From a virus (Duplodnaviria; Caudoviricetes), in IMG/VR virus record IMGVR_UViG_3300033406_000242, positions 1 to 26,744 of that record: a stretch of 26,744 nt of DNA; one strand, given 5' to 3'. Under the pieces are notes generated by a model, which saw only the letters and a program-made list of their open reading frames with translations, ran no database searches and was not told the DNA's origin. The position numbers and the translations under genes were made by a program. Below are positions 25,173 through 26,744 of this stretch, piece by piece. Position 1 is the first letter of the stretch; every line of letters starts with the position of its first letter.

Positions 25173-25208
25173 AGGGCAGGTAGTCTATAAAACTGCCTGC
25201 CCTATTTT
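25173..25208 (+). terminator. Terminator after tail tube gene
   Basis: AGGGCAGGTAGT-CTATAAA-ACTGCCTGCCCT then ATTTT. Confidence 0.7.
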
Positions 25209-25274
25209 CAAAAATGAGTTTAATTAAGACCTAATTATACTTTGGGTCAATAACATATAAAGGGGTTGTCTTAA

Positions 25275-25700
25275 ATGGTTATTAAAGAGAAATTCACACT
25301 TGCAGATATGCAGACTCAATTTAATTCACTTGAAATCAGATACACAATGGAGACTATGCGGTATTGTGCTGAAAAAGATATTAATTTAGCAACAATAACC
25401 TATTTCTCCCTAAAAAATCTATTTACTTTAATAATGCTAGGAACAAAGGGTATTTCTGAAACCAAAGCTGAAGAGGTTATTTCAAAATGGTACGAAAAAG
25501 GGTTGTCTTTCCCTATGTTGCACACCTTAGCTGTGCAGGAGGCAAGAAACTCAGGTTTTTTTATAACGGAGGCAGACACAGCAGCAATGAGCGAGATGGA
25601 CATGACGGACTTGGACACTCTGAAAACTGTTCTGCCACAGGTAATGCAGGAGTTGGAAGCTATGAGGGGTTACAGTCAGGGTTTAAAGACCGCACTTTAA
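25275..25700 (+). CDS. Tail assembly chaperone (gpG-like), 141 aa
   Basis: Lies between tail tube and tape measure; SGFF motif; slippery sequence near the end. Confidence 0.75.
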   Translation: MVIKEKFTLADMQTQFNSLEIRYTMETMRYCAEKDINLATITYFSLKNLFTLIMLGTKGISETKAEEVISKWYEKGLSFPMLHTLAVQEARNSGFFITEADTAAMSEMDMTDLDTLKTVLPQVMQELEAMRGYSQGLKTAL

Positions 25701-26050
25701 AAGAAATATACTTAGACACAATGGCTTATAGCCTTTCATATGGTCTAGCCTATGCAGATTTTTTAAATATGACCTTATTTGAAGTTGAAGCTTTTAGGTG
25801 CAGAGTATCAGAAGTGCGAGAAGTTAATAACTACTCTTTAGCTGTGAAAGTTGGTCAACTCTTTTCAAAAGAGGGATTAAAACCACCTACTTTTAATCAA
25901 AAGTCCTCAAATTATGCAAAATACTCTACTGATATTAAACCAGTAGATGCCCGCACATTATCAGATAACGAAAAACAGCGTTATATAGACCAAATAATGA
26001 ATTATCAAGCTATACAATCACAAAAAAATGAAGAAGTGCTGAGGGGGTGA
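25679..26050 (+). CDS. gpT-like extension reached by -1 frameshift
   Basis: Open -1 frame with G...DF.NMT..E motif; slippery G GGT TTA / T TTA AAG at 25679-25688. Confidence 0.7.
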   Translation, partial: GFKDRTLKEIYLDTMAYSLSYGLAYADFLNMTLFEVEAFRCRVSEVREVNNYSLAVKVGQLFSKEGLKPPTFNQKSSNYAKYSTDIKPVDARTLSDNEKQRYIDQIMNYQAIQSQKNEEVLRG

Positions 26051-26055
26051 AACTA

Positions 26056-26744
26056 ATGGCAAATGACCAAACAACTGCTAATATTACAGCAAATTCAGAT
26101 AGTTATGATTATGTTATGCAAAAAATTATATATATGAACCAAAAACTGAATGCTGAAATAAGTAAGTCTAAGGATGCTCTAGAATCAACAAATGACATAT
26201 ATGCACAATTATCTTCTCAAGCTGATGATTTTGTACAGGCTATTGGTAGAGTTGTAGGTGCAAGCACTCAGGGTAATGGTCAAATAACTGATTCTTTGCG
26301 TCAAGTACAGAATCGTGTGTCTGACTTAGCCGGAAATACAAGGTCTGGTGGTATAAAAGCTATAGCTGAAAATGTGAAGTCCTTGACTGGTCTGCTTAGA
26401 GGTGGTGGGGGTAATTTTAGTGGTATCTTAACTTCTGCCCTAAGAACCACAGCTTCACAAGCACAAAATCTATCCTCTTCTATGGCCTCAACTTCTTCTA
26501 GCATAGCAGCCACAGCGCCCGCCTCAGGTGCAGCAAGTGCCGGAATAGCTGGTGTAGGCTCAACAGCCATAGCAGCCACAGCAGTAATCACTGGACTAGC
26601 AGTAGCCATAGCAGCCCTTATAGCTGGTATGTATAAACTAGGAGAGGGTGGTTATGAGTACGAATTAACCATAGCCAACGCAGAGAACACATTGGGTACA
26701 GGCTTTCAGAAAGCCTATGATTGGGCAGTAAAGTTGAATAATGA
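26056..26744 (+). CDS. Tape measure protein, 5' part (runs off window; not in ORF track)
   Basis: ATG 26056 after GAGGGGG; open to the window end; MANDQTTANITANS..., Ala/Gly/Ser-rich helical sequence. Confidence 0.85.
   Translation, partial: MANDQTTANITANSDSYDYVMQKIIYMNQKLNAEISKSKDALESTNDIYAQLSSQADDFVQAIGRVVGASTQGNGQITDSLRQVQNRVSDLAGNTRSGGIKAIAENVKSLTGLLRGGGGNFSGILTSALRTTASQAQNLSSSMASTSSSIAATAPASGAASAGIAGVGSTAIAATAVITGLAVAIAALIAGMYKLGEGGYEYELTIANAENTLGTGFQKAYDWAVKLNN

Larger units (their letters stand above)
5340..26744 (+). mobile_element. Siphovirus-like prophage integrated in comM (right end outside window)
   Basis: Serine integrase, endolysin, terminase, portal, capsid, tail and tape-measure genes; AT-rich relative to the host. 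Confidence 0.93.

Noticed and set aside
12307-26229. Other CTGATGA occurrences (near 12307, 19145, 20847, 22272, 26222)
   Set aside because: Inside coding regions, with no stem II-GAAA-stem III arrangement that I could see.
9203-26609. Short minus-strand ORFs across the prophage (e.g. 9203-9472, 14905-15228, 26301-26609)
   Set aside because: Antisense to well-supported + strand genes; no RBS or domain signatures.

Overview
Bases 1-~5340 are GC-rich host chromosome, probably a Clostridia-type anaerobic Firmicute (inferred). They carry the 3' end of ftsH, pyruvate:ferredoxin oxidoreductase (nifJ/por), a small membrane protein, dCTP deaminase and the first 32 codons of a comM/yifB gene that the ORF track missed. 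At about 5340 comM is cut by an AT-rich siphovirus-like prophage that runs past the end of the window. Its left end has a large serine recombinase, then ~9 kb of mostly orphan genes (RHH, HTH and Com-like Zn-ribbon proteins, plus an amidase endolysin) with unusually structured intergenic DNA. A head-tail module follows: TerS, TerL, portal, protease-scaffold, MCP, connectors with an embedded holin, tail tube, frameshifted tail chaperones and the start of the tape measure. The main non-coding signals are a complete type I hammerhead ribozyme between two phage genes (10410-10465), a duplicated att-arm next to attL, two 85-bp inverted-repeat modules with identical internal geometry 216 bp apart, recurring intergenic motifs, several candidate structured RNAs and a repeat-bracketed AT-rich cassette. 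All calls come from reading the sequence; no searches were run.
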